The notes beneath the pieces are model-generated. The model searched no databases. It was given only the letters and a program-made list of their open reading frames with translations, and was not told the DNA's origin. The position numbers were made by a program, and so were the translations under genes. A DNA stretch of 64,000 nucleotides from Podarcis vaucheri. Taxonomy: Eukaryota. The stretch is from NCBI GenBank assembly GCA_965113315.1, contig OZ220369.1, one strand, 5' to 3'. Below, piece after piece: positions 34,964-49,100 of this stretch (position 1 is the first letter of the stretch; each line of letters opens with the position of its first letter).

Positions 34964-36349
34964 CTCTAGAAAATAAGACACCAACCATCTAGTGGAAGTG
35001 GCAGCGATCTCTGCTTAGATCCTAAGGGTATTTAGTGGGCCTTCTTCATAACATGTTCTACCTAGCTGCCAGTGCGAAGCTTTGTAACAATCACTTGTGC
35101 TTCCTCTTGCTGTTTTGCTGGATAAGGAAAGAAGCACCTCTGGTTGCATCATTCTGTTTTGCTGTTCAGGAGACTTGAGTGCGCCTGGCATGAGGCTCTT
35201 GTGGGCATAGTCCTGGTGAGAATCTGAGGGCAGGAAGAAGCAGGTCGTTCTCCAGGCCTTCTGTCATTTGATTACTTTGCCATTCTAAGCTTGTCACTGA
35301 ATTCTGGGGTACAGCCTGCACTTTTTGGAAAAGACCAGCTGGTGCCACAGTGTTCATTCTGCACTTGAAGTAGTAGTTTACTGCAGTCCTCAGCTGAATG
35401 TGGAAGAGTTGGCTTCACTTGCCCAGTTGAAAATGGGCCTCTTGTGTTATCCATGGCTGTGCTCTGTGGGTATGTCAAGGTAGTTGGAAGTTTTGGAAAT
35501 CAGAGTTAAGATTCTCTCTGCAAACAAATGTTTTTCATTGGGTTGAACAGGTGCCACAAATGTGCCTGCTTCCACAAAGACTAAGAAAGAGGGAGGAGTT
35601 GAGAGCATGATAGACAGGTGGAGAGGAAGGCACCAGCTCAGCGTAGTCAGTGCAGAGGACCAGGGAACTGCAGGGGGGGCACATGTGTCCCCCCCCCAAA
35701 AAAATGTTTTCCCCTCTATTGGCTTCTGAGATATAACTGAATTTTGGCCCCTGCACAGCAGTTGGATACCTTTTATTTTACTTAAAAATAACAATAAAGC
35801 TGATAACTTGCACTGAATCCTATGCCAGGTGCTTTCAAGACAACCCACCTCTGCCTTTACAATTCACCCCAGTCAGGTTTTTTCAGATTTCTTGAGATTC
35901 CAATTTTTTTTGAAATACCACTGAGTCTTAGAAAGCTACTAACATTTTGCAAAGCAGTATGTGTCAGCCTCAAACAGCCACTATCCATGGCTTTCAGAAT
36001 CCCAGCAGCAGCAGCAGCAGCCTGTTGACATTCTCTTCCCCGTTCGCATGGCCAGGGAATGCTCATCCTGAGGATTGCAGGAGGTCACGCTGGGCTCCCC
36101 CTGTTCTTAGAAGCTGGAAGTCTTTGGGTCTTGCATTGTTTTTAGACATAGGAGGACTGGATTTTCCTGCTTTGCTCAATGCACTTTGGCAGTGGGTTTC
36201 TCGGAGGATGGGAGAGGAGAAGGTGGCTTGTTGGGTTATAAACCAGTGGAATGGAAGCCACAGTATTCAAGTCCCTCTTGCATGATCAGAGAAGGCCACA
36301 TGGCAAGGGGAGCCAGAGCACAACATGGGTGCCTCTCAGTGCTGCTAAT

Positions 36350-36546
36350 GGGGCAGGGTTGTAGCTCAGTGGGAGGGCATCTGCTTTGCCTACAGAAGGT
36401 CCCTGATTCAATCCCCAACGGCATCTCCAAATAGGGCTAGGAAAGGCTCCTTGCCTGAAACCCTGGAGAGGTTCTGCCAGTCAGAGCATACAGTACTGAG
36501 CTAGATGGACCGAGGGCCTGATTCAGTATCAGTCAGCTTCCTGTGT
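36350..36546 (+). mobile_element. tRNA-derived squamate SINE (Squam3-like), near full length
   Basis: A-box gtagctcagtgg, B-box-like gattcaatccc, 3' tactgagctagatggacc. Confidence 0.7.
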
Positions 36547-39500
36547 ACGATGCCACATTTATCTGTATGCCTGTGGTGCTCTAATCTTTCCCCTTCTCCT
36601 TTTGAAGGGTAGGTTTCTGTTGAACATGAAGCAAAATATTTGATGACGAGAGCAGTTTGACAGTGGAGCTGATTTAGCTGAAGGGGAGTGGTGGGTTCTC
36701 CTGTGCTGGATGCCTTCAAGCAAGCAGGGGATGGACAGCCATCTGTCTACCCGGGGTGCTCCAGATCTCTGGCTTTCCTGCATCAAGCTGTAGTGGGGAT
36801 TGGCGGTGTGTGTGTGTGTGTGTGTGTGGACTGGGCTTCTGGGAACTCCACAAGGCTCCCTCCAGCTCTCAGTGGATCTGAGCAAACTGCCTAAAACTGC
36901 AAGCCCAGGCTTTATTTACTATTATTTTTTAGTTAATAGATTGATTTGTTCAATAGATTCATTCAATACAGCAATAGGATTATTTACAAAATTAAGCTAA
37001 TGTATGATACCACACTCCATCAATATGTTGAGGCATCTTGCGTCTGTGTGGGAGACCCTTTGGTTGGGCAAATGTCCAATTTATTTTACTCATTGATGTA
37101 TTAATTCACGGATCTCCTTTTCCATTCATCGCAAGGCAATGTACTTTCCTCGTGGCTCCAAGAGCTTTGCAAAGTGGTGAAGGTGGCCCAGTGCCTCTCC
37201 CTCTTTCCTTCCCCCAAAGCATGCATGATGTTTGTAAGGTAGAAAGCATTCTTGGCGGTGTTGAGATTATCTCAAGGTAATAATTGACTAGTTAAGCAAT
37301 CTCTAAGTAGCCATTGCTGCAATTAAATCTTAATTGGTCTATCTGCGCTGGATAGGACCCCTCATTGCTGACATGTGGCTAAGCATAACTACTTGGGAAA
37401 CAGCTGGTCCATTCTGTGGGGAGAAGGCATATTGGCCAAAGACCATTCATTTCAGAGATGGTAATGGCTCCTTTGGCGCTATTAGCATCCCCGATAAATA
37501 AGAGGATGCTTTTGAAATACGCAGGGATCATCCGTGCTTGGTCTCAGTGCTCATTTTTAGTAATTGATTGACATTAAGCTTCACATCTGCAGCCTAATGG
37601 CTTCAGATTCTGAGAGTGGGAGGCAGGCTGCCTAGTTAGGTAGGTGGTCAAAGTGAGCATGCCAGTGCTTGTGATGTGGAAGCCCCACCCCCCTACATCT
37701 ATACTAGATGTAGATGCAGAAGTGGCATATATCTGCAGTATGGGGCAAGTGGCAACTCCTGCTTTCAGAAGCACCAGAATGACAGGGAGTGATTTTTGCT
37801 TTTTTAAAAACCTTTGCATTGGGGGGGGGGTGTGTGAATAGCTTTTCCGAGGGGTTTCTTGGGCGTTGGAGCAACTTGTAAAACTGAAGCCAGTCTGTTT
37901 CGATTTGGTAGCTTCCTGCTAGAGATAGGCAAGCTCTCTTTGGCCTGGATTGAAAATGTTCAGAATTTTTCCAGGGCAGAAAAATGGGGGAAAGGAGAAT
38001 AATTTCCCAACCTCCTTCATTTCCCCGCAGAGACACGGCCCCTTCCCTTTCCTCATAGCAGCAGCTGATTAGTTTAAACCAGACCCTGCTGAAGAACCCT
38101 AGGAAGAGGGACACGTCCTGCTTTCAGGGGGGCCCACGTGTCCCTGAGAAAGAAGACCCAATGCAAAGCAAAACGCTTCTCCTCTTTGTCCTTGCTGTTC
38201 CGGTGCCATCAGCAGCCTTAAATATGAAGACGGAGCTTCTGCGCCCAGTGGGCATTTGGCCAGTAGGGGAATGAATGCCCTTGGCATGGGAGGCTGCACA
38301 GTCAGTGGTGTGCAGAAGGGAGCCACTTCAGAGTGCAGGTGCCTCTCTGGGAAGAGGGTGGCATTTGGGAACCACTGTGTTTGCCTTCCCCTGGGCTTCT
38401 TGTGGGTTTGCCTTCTTCCTGCCAAGTGGAGTCTTGTGACTGGAGGATGCATTCAGTTCATTACAGCCGGCTGTGATCTTAGCACTCCTCGCTCTTTCCT
38501 CCGGTCTGTTAGTCCCACACCTGGGAAGAAGGGGTTGGACACTCTGTTTTTGAAAACCCTGCTTAGGTTATTCACTTGGGTAGCTTAGTTATCAGTTTGT
38601 TTTGCCCCCATGATGTCCAGGTCCAACTAGACAAGGGACACCCCCCATTTCAGCATGGGGATTAATAGAAGGGCCGTGACAGGAGCGAGTATTCTCAGTA
38701 ACTATACTTTTAAACAAACCACACTTCCTTGAGTTTCAATGTCCTCGAGAAGTGTAGCTGTTCTAAAATTGAAAGTAGAAGCTTCCGGCCTCCTTGCAGG
38801 CACAGTTGAGAAGTAGGAATACAGAAGCCTAAGACTTGCGATGTCTAGCTAATGTAGTATTAGGAAACCATGGTCTCCTGTTACATCTGAAGTGAGCCAT
38901 GGTTCTCTGTAGCAGAAGATGCTAATTGGCTGCCATTAAGTCAGTAATCATTTGTGTGTAAACTATTCACCCGATTCCCTATGCATTTCTGAATGCAGTG
39001 AAGGTATCTGAAGGTGCCATCTGCCTTCAACACTCCTCCTCCCTCTGTGGAAATCCTTAATAACATTTATTCACCTTTCTCATGCTGTGTAAAAGGAAGG
39101 TGCAGCCTTATCACTGCATATTCCTCAAAATTGGATAAGCCTGTGAGCATTTGCTCTTGTTAGCCCTCCTGAAGCGTCTTCATCTATTGCGTTTCTAATG
39201 AAGAAATTGAATGGTTAGAAATAAGGAGCTTGAGCTGCCTCGGAAATTAGGCCACAGCTGTCAGCCTGAAAGCAAAACATGCATCTCTGAGGAAGATGCT
39301 GGCAGAATCCGCTGCTGATTAACCCCCTTTTAAACCGAGATGAAAAAACAAAAACAAAACTCCTGGTGCCTTGAAGCAAGCTGGAGAAAGCAGCCAGAGA
39401 GAGGCAGGGAATGGAACATGATGCCTCCTCCATAGAGCGAGGGCAGAGATCTTCCTTTCGCTGTGGGTCTTCGGAGCTTTGGTCCAGCTCAGCTTTCCCT

Positions 39501-42500
39501 AACCTGGTGCCCTCCTCCAGAGGCTTCGGGCTACAACTCCCATCAGCCCCAGATAGCCCTGCTGTGTAGTCTTCCCTTAGCATGGCCTTGCTGGCTGGGG
39601 CTGATGGGAATTGCAGTCTAAAACGTCTGCAGTGTTTAATAAACACTTGGGGCAAACTGAGCTTATTACAAAGTGACTTAAGTGTCACTGTCTCTGTGTT
39701 GTTCCACTCAAAGGTCAGCGAATCTGACCCCCTTGTTGGTACAGAAAATCTGTTGCCACAGCTTCCCTAATAGGTGCCCGTCCAGCCTTTGTCAAGAGGC
39801 CTGTAGCGAAGGAGAGGCTGCAGCCGCCTTCCAAGGTAGGTCTGTTCCACTGCAGAAAAAGCTTGTGCCGTCGGCTTAAGTTTACTGGAGGTCCTTTTTC
39901 TTGTTCTTTGAACCCGTTGATTCCGAAGCTGCTCCCTGAAGCAACAGAAAACAAGTTCGAACTCGTTCTTCCATGTGAATTTAATTTTCAAATAGTCAAT
40001 GCCTCAAGCTCATGTTTATATTTGTTTGCACAGGGTCAGATGCCATCTACATGGTACATTAAAAGTGTTCCCTGTAGACCCCTTGGAAGCAGTTTAAATA
40101 GTGGCGTTCTTGCGATACAGTCCTTGCCTGCTGATTCTGTTCTGTATCTGTCAATCCTCAGCCTTTGGGGAATGGTGCGCAAGCCCATTTCACACCCACG
40201 CACACACCCCCAGTGCTCACCGTTGGGCTCTGTGGGAGTCCTTGGCCATAAGCGCTCAGTTATGCTCCATGGCGTCTCTTGATCTCTCTGAGAGCAGAGA
40301 TAAGCAGGAGTTTTGGGATGGCGTTTGCTGCAAGTGCCTCTTTGATGCTTGCTCTGTCATACTGGCAGAGGAAGGCTGCTGCAAAATATGGGTTGCGGAA
40401 TTTTCCACCTTTTATTTTTTGTCATTTTGCATGGTCTGTTGGGAGGTTGGCTGTCTTAGTTCTGGGCAGTCAGAAGAGTTGTGCCAGGGGGTGTCCTTTT
40501 TAGCCAGGAGAAGCTGGGGCTTCTTACCAGGCCCGGCAGAGCCTCGCATCACCAAACTCCGCCATGAGGGTGCTGCTTTGATCCTCTTGTGTTTGCACTT
40601 TCCAAAAGGGTTCCCTCGCCACTCAGCACCAGCTGCTGCTGCATTGCTGCGGCCTGGACACAGATCTTCATGTGTAGCGGATGGGGGCAGTGGAGCTGGA
40701 GCGGCCATGTGGCAGCTGCTCAGTTTTTCAGCGAGTCTCCTCTTGTTATAGGCTCGGCCAACATGCTTTTCGGTAGAGGCCTAGAGTCAGAGTAGCTCTT
40801 TGGGGTGTGATCCTGTAACTCTGCAGAGAGCCCAGCAGGGTGGGTGAAATCTGGGCAATTGCAGGACAGAGCCTCCTTCCAGAGTGTTTCCTTCCTGTTC
40901 ATATTTTCCTGTGTGGCTTATGGTAGCCTTGAACACAATGGCTTGGGAGATGCTTGCTCACTCACGCTCCCTTTCCCTCTGGCTCCACTATCTTTCCTCA
41001 TCCTCCATGATTCCTTTACTTAGTTCCCTGCTCTGGAGCTTTAATAAAGGCAGGGCTGGCAGGAGGGATAGTCCCATCCTGTGGTTTCAGCAGGGGGAAA
41101 GGCAGTGTTAGGTTCATCTTCTGCCATTGCTTTGGCCCCTCCAGAGTGAGAAGGTTTACTAGAGGAAGGCAAGAACTTGTGGTATCTCTCCTGCTTTGTT
41201 GGTATTAGGGCATTCTAAAAATGCAACAAGGTTGTCCATGTGGAATTGTTTCTGCTCCCATACACTCTGCTAGAGCAAGGGGCAGTACCACAGGCCATAT
41301 TTCAACAAGCCAAAAATAATGGCTGTGATCTACACAGGATCTTGGGAATTGCACAGCAACCAGATTTCAGGAAAAGTCTGTGTCCTGTCCATGATGGAGT
41401 CAGGACTGCAGTCCCCCCCCCCCATCTTTTCACATTTTGGCTCCTTATATGCCTGTTGCAGAAGCTCAGGCTTTATGTCCTGTGTCTGGTCATGCTAGGA
41501 GGCTTTCCTCTCTTTCAGCCACAACACACAGATGACCTGCATAGACACACACTCCCAGCTTGTATTTCCTTCTGTCCTCCAGTCACTCACAAACACCAGC
41601 TCCTCCAACCATCTCATTCCTGTAGCAGCCATCTTGGTTAAGGGAAGAATCTCTGCCCAGACAAGTCATTTGTGCTCTTCCATTAATGATAATCCATTGA
41701 TTTACAAAGAGACTTGAAAATGTATAACACAACAGGTTTTTTTTCAGGATAGGAAGGGCAGACCCTCTGCTGTTCCTTTGAACGTCTGGCTGCAATTAAA
41801 AGGGCATGAAAGCCTCCTGCTGTATGCTGTGCCTGTGCAAAAATGGCTACAAGCGACACAAAATTGATAAAAGAGAGGCGTTTTAAGTAAACTGCCATTT
41901 TTCAACAGGTCTGGCTGGATTTAATGGATCCTCCACGCTTGGTTAAATCTTCCGTATTTTATTAACACTTCGAACAGTGTGCCCTCTCTATGTTCTTCTC
42001 TGGCTTGTATAATTCCACAGCAGGCCAAACCTGCTCCTGCTCTTTCCTGCCTGTGGTCCTTGGAGTGTTATTGACTTTCAAGTGTGAATGGTTAATGGCC
42101 TTTGCCTTGCTCCTGCTCCTGCTCCTCATAGAGGGCTCTGTGTGCCTCGCTGCGCCTGAACGGCTGAGGGGTGCCTGGGGTGTGATTCTGCTTGGCCATC
42201 AAGCCCGTCTTTCAGCCGTGGCAGTCTCTTCCCTGGAGTCTCCAGATGCTTCACAGCAAGCTTTAGAGTTTAGTAACCTGGAAGCAGCAACTTCCCCTTG
42301 CACCTCCACATAGCAAGTTTTGTCCCGACCGCATGGACACAAGGAGAAATGTGCAAATGCCAAACTCAAAGGTAGAACAGCTACCCGCAGATGTGGAAAA
42401 CCAGATTCAGACCTTGAAACTACCCAATGAGGTCTGGGCAACCTTCCTCTTTCTGTTAGAGCATTTTCAGTCCTATCTAGCAAATGCTGCTTATGAAAGC

Positions 42501-43014
42501 CAAAGGTACCTCTGGGTGTGTCTGGACTCCGAGGGATCTTTGTCACCCTATTCCTGCTTCCTTGGAAATCACAGATGGTGCAAAAGGGGCTCCATCTAGA
42601 CCTGAGTGTGGGTTGCGGCCTTGCCAGTTACTAGGTCAGTGAGTAGAGCACACACTTTGCATGCAGAAGGTATCAGGCTCCTACAACTAGGGCTTGGAAA
42701 TGCTCCTGTATGAAGAGGTTACACAGTGTCTCCTCTAAATTGACCGTTCACTCTGATTTGTTTTGATGGAGATTATACGAGTATGGGCATCCCTCTTGAC
42801 CTGCTTGTGTGGAAGTTATACATCTTCCCATCGGAAAAAAAATGTCCCACAATTTTTTAGTTTAAAAAGTAATTTTTTTATTTTAAAAAATGAATTTGTT
42901 GCGTCAGATCACTTTAATCCACTTTAATTGCACAAACCCAAATTTCCAATGTGTTATTGAATCCCTCCTGCAAAAGACTGGGAGCCTGAAGAGTCGCTGT
43001 CAGCCAGTGTCAAC

Positions 43015-43145
43015 CAGGGGAAGGGAACTTGCGGCTCTTCAGTTGTTGTTGGACTCCATTTCCCATCAGCCTCAGCCAACTTGGCCAACAATGATGGTAG
43101 TAGTAGTCCAACAACATCTGGAGGGCCACAGGTCCTGATCCCCTG
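43015..43145. mobile_element. Palindromic hAT-like MITE inserted into a Squam3-like SINE remnant (about 42985-43210)
   Basis: CAGGGG...CCCCTG ends with ggact..tcccatcag core; SINE body resumes at gctgagctcaatggacc. Confidence 0.6.
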
Positions 43146-46100
43146 GGTATAGACCATGCTGAGCTCAATGGACCAGCGGCCTGACTTGGTGTTGGGCAGT
43201 TTCCTATGTGACCTGCAGGGGAAAGTCTTGTGTGCTCTCAGCCCCTTAGAACAAGCTGTTTGAGCTGGCAAAGCACTATTGCAGCCTGCAAAGGCACATT
43301 TCAGACTGTGGGCACAGAGACTGCAGAGGTGTGAGACAAATGCCTGCTCTCGTCATCGCAACACAGTTTCCCATTTCAAAGCAAGCAAATCCATGGCAGG
43401 CTGAATGAGGGGGCTGGCCTGTAGCCAGGGAATGCAAATAATAAATAGCTGAATGGAAATCTGTGCAAATGTCTGTGTTTTGCCAGCTCCTATTGATAGA
43501 GAGGTTGTGTAGTGTGAGAGGCAGCAGCAGAGAGGCTCTCTCTTTTAGATTACTGTACCCACCTGCCCCCCCCCCCCCCGTGGCCTCTCTTCAAGCAGGT
43601 TGGAGCCTGAACATGGAGCCAGAATCCCTGAGACAGTACCTTGGAAAATGATCTCCTCATCAGGGCCAGAACCTGCAAGGCCTTTTTGGCTTTTTTGACC
43701 CACTTAGGCAGAGAGGGGCACCCAGCTGACTTTTGCTATGCCTAGATCAGTTGTAGTATGTAATGTGTCCTCTGGGGTATTCCTGCCATTAGGCCTGAGT
43801 GATGTATTGGTACATCATCTCGGACCGGTTTGAGGTCCAGATTGTGATGGCGTTTTGACCCGGCCATATATTGTGGGGCTGGCACCTTAACTCCCTTCTC
43901 CAGCCAAATGGGCAGGCTGCCTCCTTCCTCCCTGTGCCGGGCAGGGGCAGCTTCACCCAAGTGCCTTGCAGGGCCGGTGCTCCTTCCTTTTCAACATCAT
44001 GATATATCACTAAATTGCAATGTACACCTGGTGATATGTCACAGTGTTGAAAGCCTGATATTGCCTAGCCCTGCCTGCTGTGAACCCTTGTTGGTATGCC
44101 CTGCATGATGGTGATGATGCCGCCGCCAACCTTGCACGCTTGGGGCTTGTGCAGCAGAGAGTGCCACCCGCTGCGGTTTGCTAGGGTGCCTCTCTGCAGC
44201 CTTCCCATTGCCCATGTGCCATAATCCCCCTCAAGCCGCTTGTCCCAAGGATGCCGGGAGGGAGGGAGGAGGGGATAGAGGCTGGCTTTTAATGAGATGG
44301 AATTCACCCGTCAGAAATGTATGTGCTCCACATTTCCCACGTTACTGAGATGACATAAGGGAGTTTCCATGTGGAATGCTTCAGCTGTCGGTTGGGATCA
44401 CAGAGGACGCCAGCTGCAGCATCGCCCCTGTTGGTTCTTGCTGCTCCTGTTCTCTCTCCCCACCCCTCTGCCCTCCACCTTCTGTGGAGAGCCTCTATAA
44501 ACTTCCCAGAGGTGAGGCAGGGCAGAAAAGAAGTTCTTGGTTTGAAAGAAGAACACATAATAAGTCTTCTTAGTTGCCTTCCCCCCTCTCACTGCCCCAA
44601 ACCCAGATGCAGCATGGATGTTGCTTCAAGGTAGTAACTAAAGAGCCTCAAAACGCTGAGTGCCATCACTGTGAAGCATATGTGACAGTTGTGGGTGTGT
44701 GGCATGGAAAGAATTGCCTGTTGTGTCTCAGTATGTAGAATCTTTGCATTCCATCTTGTATCGTTCGCTCGCCAGGGAGCGCAGTTTGCTGTCTCCATCA
44801 GGGCCTTTTCAGCCTCTTCTCCAGAACTGACATGTCAAAAAGCTACTTGGTGAGTGGGGGTGGGGGAGAGAGAGAGAGAATGGAAGAGGCCTTTCCCTCC
44901 TCCTCTTCCTCTCCCTTTTCCTCCTTTCTTTTCACCTGGATGAGGGGCCCTTGAGTTGTCGCCCTTCCTTAGTGTTGTGCTTTGAGCAGTGGCCTTGGCA
45001 AGAAGGGGCATCTGGGTGGGCCTGGCTTTGTTCTTGTTGTCTTCACCCACCTAATTGAGAACCAGAATCTGAAATGCAGCCCAGGAAGTACCCGAAAAGG
45101 GCAGCATCGATATGGCTGCAGCAGCCGCTGGTGTGGCTGGTGTGCCGTCTGTGTGACATTCCTTTCATGCAAGCTCTTTTTCAGATTTCCCCAGGCCACA
45201 AAGAAACAAAATGAAAAGAAAACCCAAGCTACCTTGCCAGGCTAATCGAAAGCAGGCCTGCTAGTAGCCAGCCGTTTCCTTTTGGGCTCAGGCATGAGCC
45301 AGTGAGATGTCAGGGCTTCTATTTCTGGAAAATGGCTCCTCCTTCCTCCTCTTTGGTCAAGGGAGCCAGACGTCCGTGTCTCTCTCTCTCTCCTCCCTGC
45401 TTGCTGCTGTAAAGTGTGGGGGGGGCAGGCAGTCACTGGTGGGCTCTTCCCTCACTCTCTTTCTTCCTGGCTGCTGCTCCTGCTTTTCCTAGAAAACTTC
45501 CCAGACTGTGTCTGCTTTTTATAGTATTGATCTTCACTCCTGATCTGCAAAACACAGAGCAGTTTTTTAAGGAACCCTGTTGATAAAAGTCACACAAGCC
45601 AGGTCAGAGTTTCCCTCCCTTTCATTCTGGGAGAGGAGGGAGCTCTCCTTCTCTTGGTCAGGTTGGAAGACCACACCCAACCAGAACGTGATGCTGTCTC
45701 AGATACAAAGACTGTCCTCCAGGCTCCTACCATAAAGTAAATATTACTCTGCATCAACAAGATTTTCTTGAATCCAAGTCCAGCAGCAGAATCCACATAC
45801 TGTTTATTTTGTTCAGAGACTCCAGTCACTGGCATGATGGTTTTAAGCCATGGATATATCTACCTCCAGACCCTTTAGCCTTCTTGCAGAGACTTGGAAT
45901 GTCTCCTCAGAAGTATGGGAAAGGTCTGTGATGATCTTCCTAATAAATTGCCTTGTGATAGAAAAAGTGTGTAGAATCCACTTAAAATTACTGGGCCTGG
46001 CTGTCATTTTCAAAGTGGGCGAGTCTGCACTTTGCAGATGGCAAGCTGGGGCTGCATTTTGGAGTGGCACATCTTGCTCACAGAATTTCTGGCTTTATTG

Positions 46101-49100
46101 CCACCCCTTGCCCAGTTTGGTCAATAGATGCAACGTGTTAGGATTGCCCAGGTGGAGACTGTGTGGATGACGTTTGTGCCCCTGTCCTCCGCTGGGCATC
46201 TTAAAAATTAATCAGGTGGCATCTCTTGCTGAGATCAAGAATCTTCAGCATAGGTTATTAACAATCAGCATGCCGACAAAGCAGACAGGGCCATCAGAAA
46301 GCTGCTACCCCCTTTCCTTCTGCTCTGTCGGAGATAGATCTGCTCCCTGATTTGATTGCCATTAAACATGTGCCTGGTCTCACCAGCAGGTTGACAGCGC
46401 TGCTATTTTGAGCCCCCTTCCTGTTAGCAGGGAAGATGGGGCGGCTGTGTTTTCCTTCAGGAGAGTGTCGGATGCCCTCAGGCAGTATTTACAGATGCCA
46501 CTTCTGATTATTTGATGGCAAAGTGTTTTGTCGGTGCAGGAGCGAAGGACAGCTTGTTATGGGCCTGCAGAGGCCCTTCAGCCCTCTCTGTAGAGGAAAG
46601 GGGAGATCCTCACATCTGGCTCTGGGTGCAGTAGGGAGCAAAGAAGTGTCAGGAATTTGCACTCCCGTTCTAAAGTGGTGTTCACAAGGAACACCTTTAT
46701 TGTTCATATTTATATGTTGGCAGTCTAATCCTAATGGGGCCTATCAGAAGCGCAGATCAAAATGGTAGCATATCAGAAGCACAGATCAAAAAAAGCAAAT
46801 CAGCTTGCCATACAAAAAGTACGTTCTAGGTAGTGAATTCCACAGAATAGGGAAGCATGCTGAGTGGGCACTTCTTGACCCAGAAGGCCTTGGTGGGCGC
46901 TCAGAGAGCAGGACTTTGGTCTGGTGAGCTGTTAACGTATGGGAGGATCTGATCCCTGAAGAAACCTGGAGTTGGAACCTTTAGGGCTTTAATAGTTAGA
47001 GCAAGTCCATCAGTGTCAGGGTGATGGGCTTCTTCCAATTGGCATCCGTTGAGAGCTGAAGTCTCCAAATATTCTACAAAGACAGCCCTGCACACAATGC
47101 ATTAGAGTCCAAAGAAGAAGTTGCCAGAGGATGTATAAAACTGAGAAAAATAGGAAAGAGCACATTTGCAAAGCCACGACCAGCCACCAAGGCTGCCTAG
47201 AGGCACAGCGAAATCAAAGAGCATTCATCCCAACTGTTCATCTGGACCCCAGGCAGCCCTCCTCCTTGCCCCTAACCCCCATGTTTAGTAGAGTGCCCCC
47301 CTTCCTACAGCTTCTCTTCTGGGTGGAGTTGGTTTGCCCTGTTTCGGCCCATTACAACTTCTCAGGAAGCCAGTGGAAAGGAGAAACAGAACGGTGTACC
47401 TTCTCAACACAACGCCAGCAAATTCTGGGCTGATTTGCAGCAATGCTGTTTTTGACCTCACAGTTGCTAATGGAATTGCCTAGTGAACATGAGAAGAAAG
47501 GAGGCTGGCTTCTGAACTGGCCAGAGGAATAGCAGCCATGAGCGGGTGGGCACAGGATGAGGAGGGCACCACCAGCAAGGAAGGTTAGCCTGGCCTGGCT
47601 TACAACTCACCACTTAGTTCTGGCCAGTGTCAGTCTGGTCTTTCTCATGCTTTCCCCCCCACCCACACTCAGGTGCCCTGTGTTTTTAGTTTGTAAGCCT
47701 GAGAGCAGGGTCTGTGTTTTCAGAGAACCATCTTTATCTGAAACATGAGCTGAGAAATATATAATAAAATGGAGTTCAGGTAAGAATTGCCTCTCCATTC
47801 CAGAACACATGGTCATCCCCGATAATGCTGGGTAAGGTTTTTGTGCTTCATGCTCAGTCCAGCTCTGACTGGGGCCAGCTTATGCATTCCATCCCTTTGA
47901 TGGGAGGTAGGAGGCACATACTTGAGCCATGTATCTTGTTTTGGATTGTTCCACTGAACTGTGGCCTGTGCACACTTGCCACTGCGGCACAAGCAGAATG
48001 CTGCAGCTTCAGGTGATTTAAACATCTGAGCATATACCATATCTTCGTTTTCTAGGGAATAGTTTCCCCGATCTCAAGAACATGCCCTAATCATGTTTGC
48101 TGGGTGTTGGTCTCGATAGGACTCAGAGCCCCATCAACACCTGCTCACATTTCTCTCCAAGTCTCTCTGAGAGAGATTAAAGGGAGCTGCATATGCAAAC
48201 CTTGGTGCTTGTGTTCCACAATCTCTTGCTGAATCACCCTCTTTCAGACTTGAAGCTGTTCCTGCAGTAAGAGCCCATTGGGTGCTGATTCTGAGAATCC
48301 CGCCCCTGCCTCCCAAGGAAGCAGCTGACAACAAGACTCTTGCAAGCTGCTGCTAGTGGAGTGGAACCCTCTGATGGCGATGGGGGCCTGGGAGGGGGCG
48401 AAGCCTTGCTTAGCGATGAGCTTGGAGAGGCAAAGCCCCCTTGAGTTGGCTCCCTTCCCAACTCTCTGGAGCTGTATCCCAAAGTTGGAGGCCTACTTTT
48501 TCAAAGCATGTCTCTGCAATTTAAATGGTCTTTGACAAGAAAATCTTAATGAGTGTCAATGCACCAGGGGAGCGGGGTGGGGGTGATTTCTCCAGAGTTT
48601 CTGTTTGGGACTGATTGAATGACTATTCTTGGACTTGAGCAGAGGCCTTGAAATGAATTATTATTCTGTGCTGGAAATAGATCAAAACCAGAGCTTAGAG
48701 CCTTTAGAAGGGCTGAAAGAGAAAATTGATCAAGTCTCCCTCGCCTGGGGTAACTCGGGTTGCCGTTTCCCATGTCCTTTGAATGCACAGAGCTGTGAAG
48801 CCAAGCTTGTTAAAGGAGGCAGCAGCGGTAGCGGCATTAGCACTGGGCTTTGTGTCAGGCGTCCTCAGGCAAACCCTACGGTGCCACCACCGCAGGCTTG
48901 GCAGGGAGAAAGAGGGAGCCCATAGAATCAAAACAAACACGGAGGGAAATCTGGCGCTCGGTTTCCAATGCAGAAGACCTTGGGGGTTCCTGGAGAGGTT
49001 AAGCAGAGCATTCCTGCTGCGACTCGCTGAGTCCCTGCGAAAAAGCTCCAGAAAAGGTCAGCAAGGCTGGGGCTGGGTGAGCTCTGGGCAGATATATTGG

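Noticed and set aside
36350-36425. tRNA-like sequence (also 31156-31215)
   Set aside because: Head of a tRNA-derived SINE continuing into SINE body; no intact cloverleaf.
40101-40751. 216-aa ORF with a signal-peptide-like start
   Set aside because: Non-ATG start, Cys/Trp/Ser-rich random composition, no splice or homology support.
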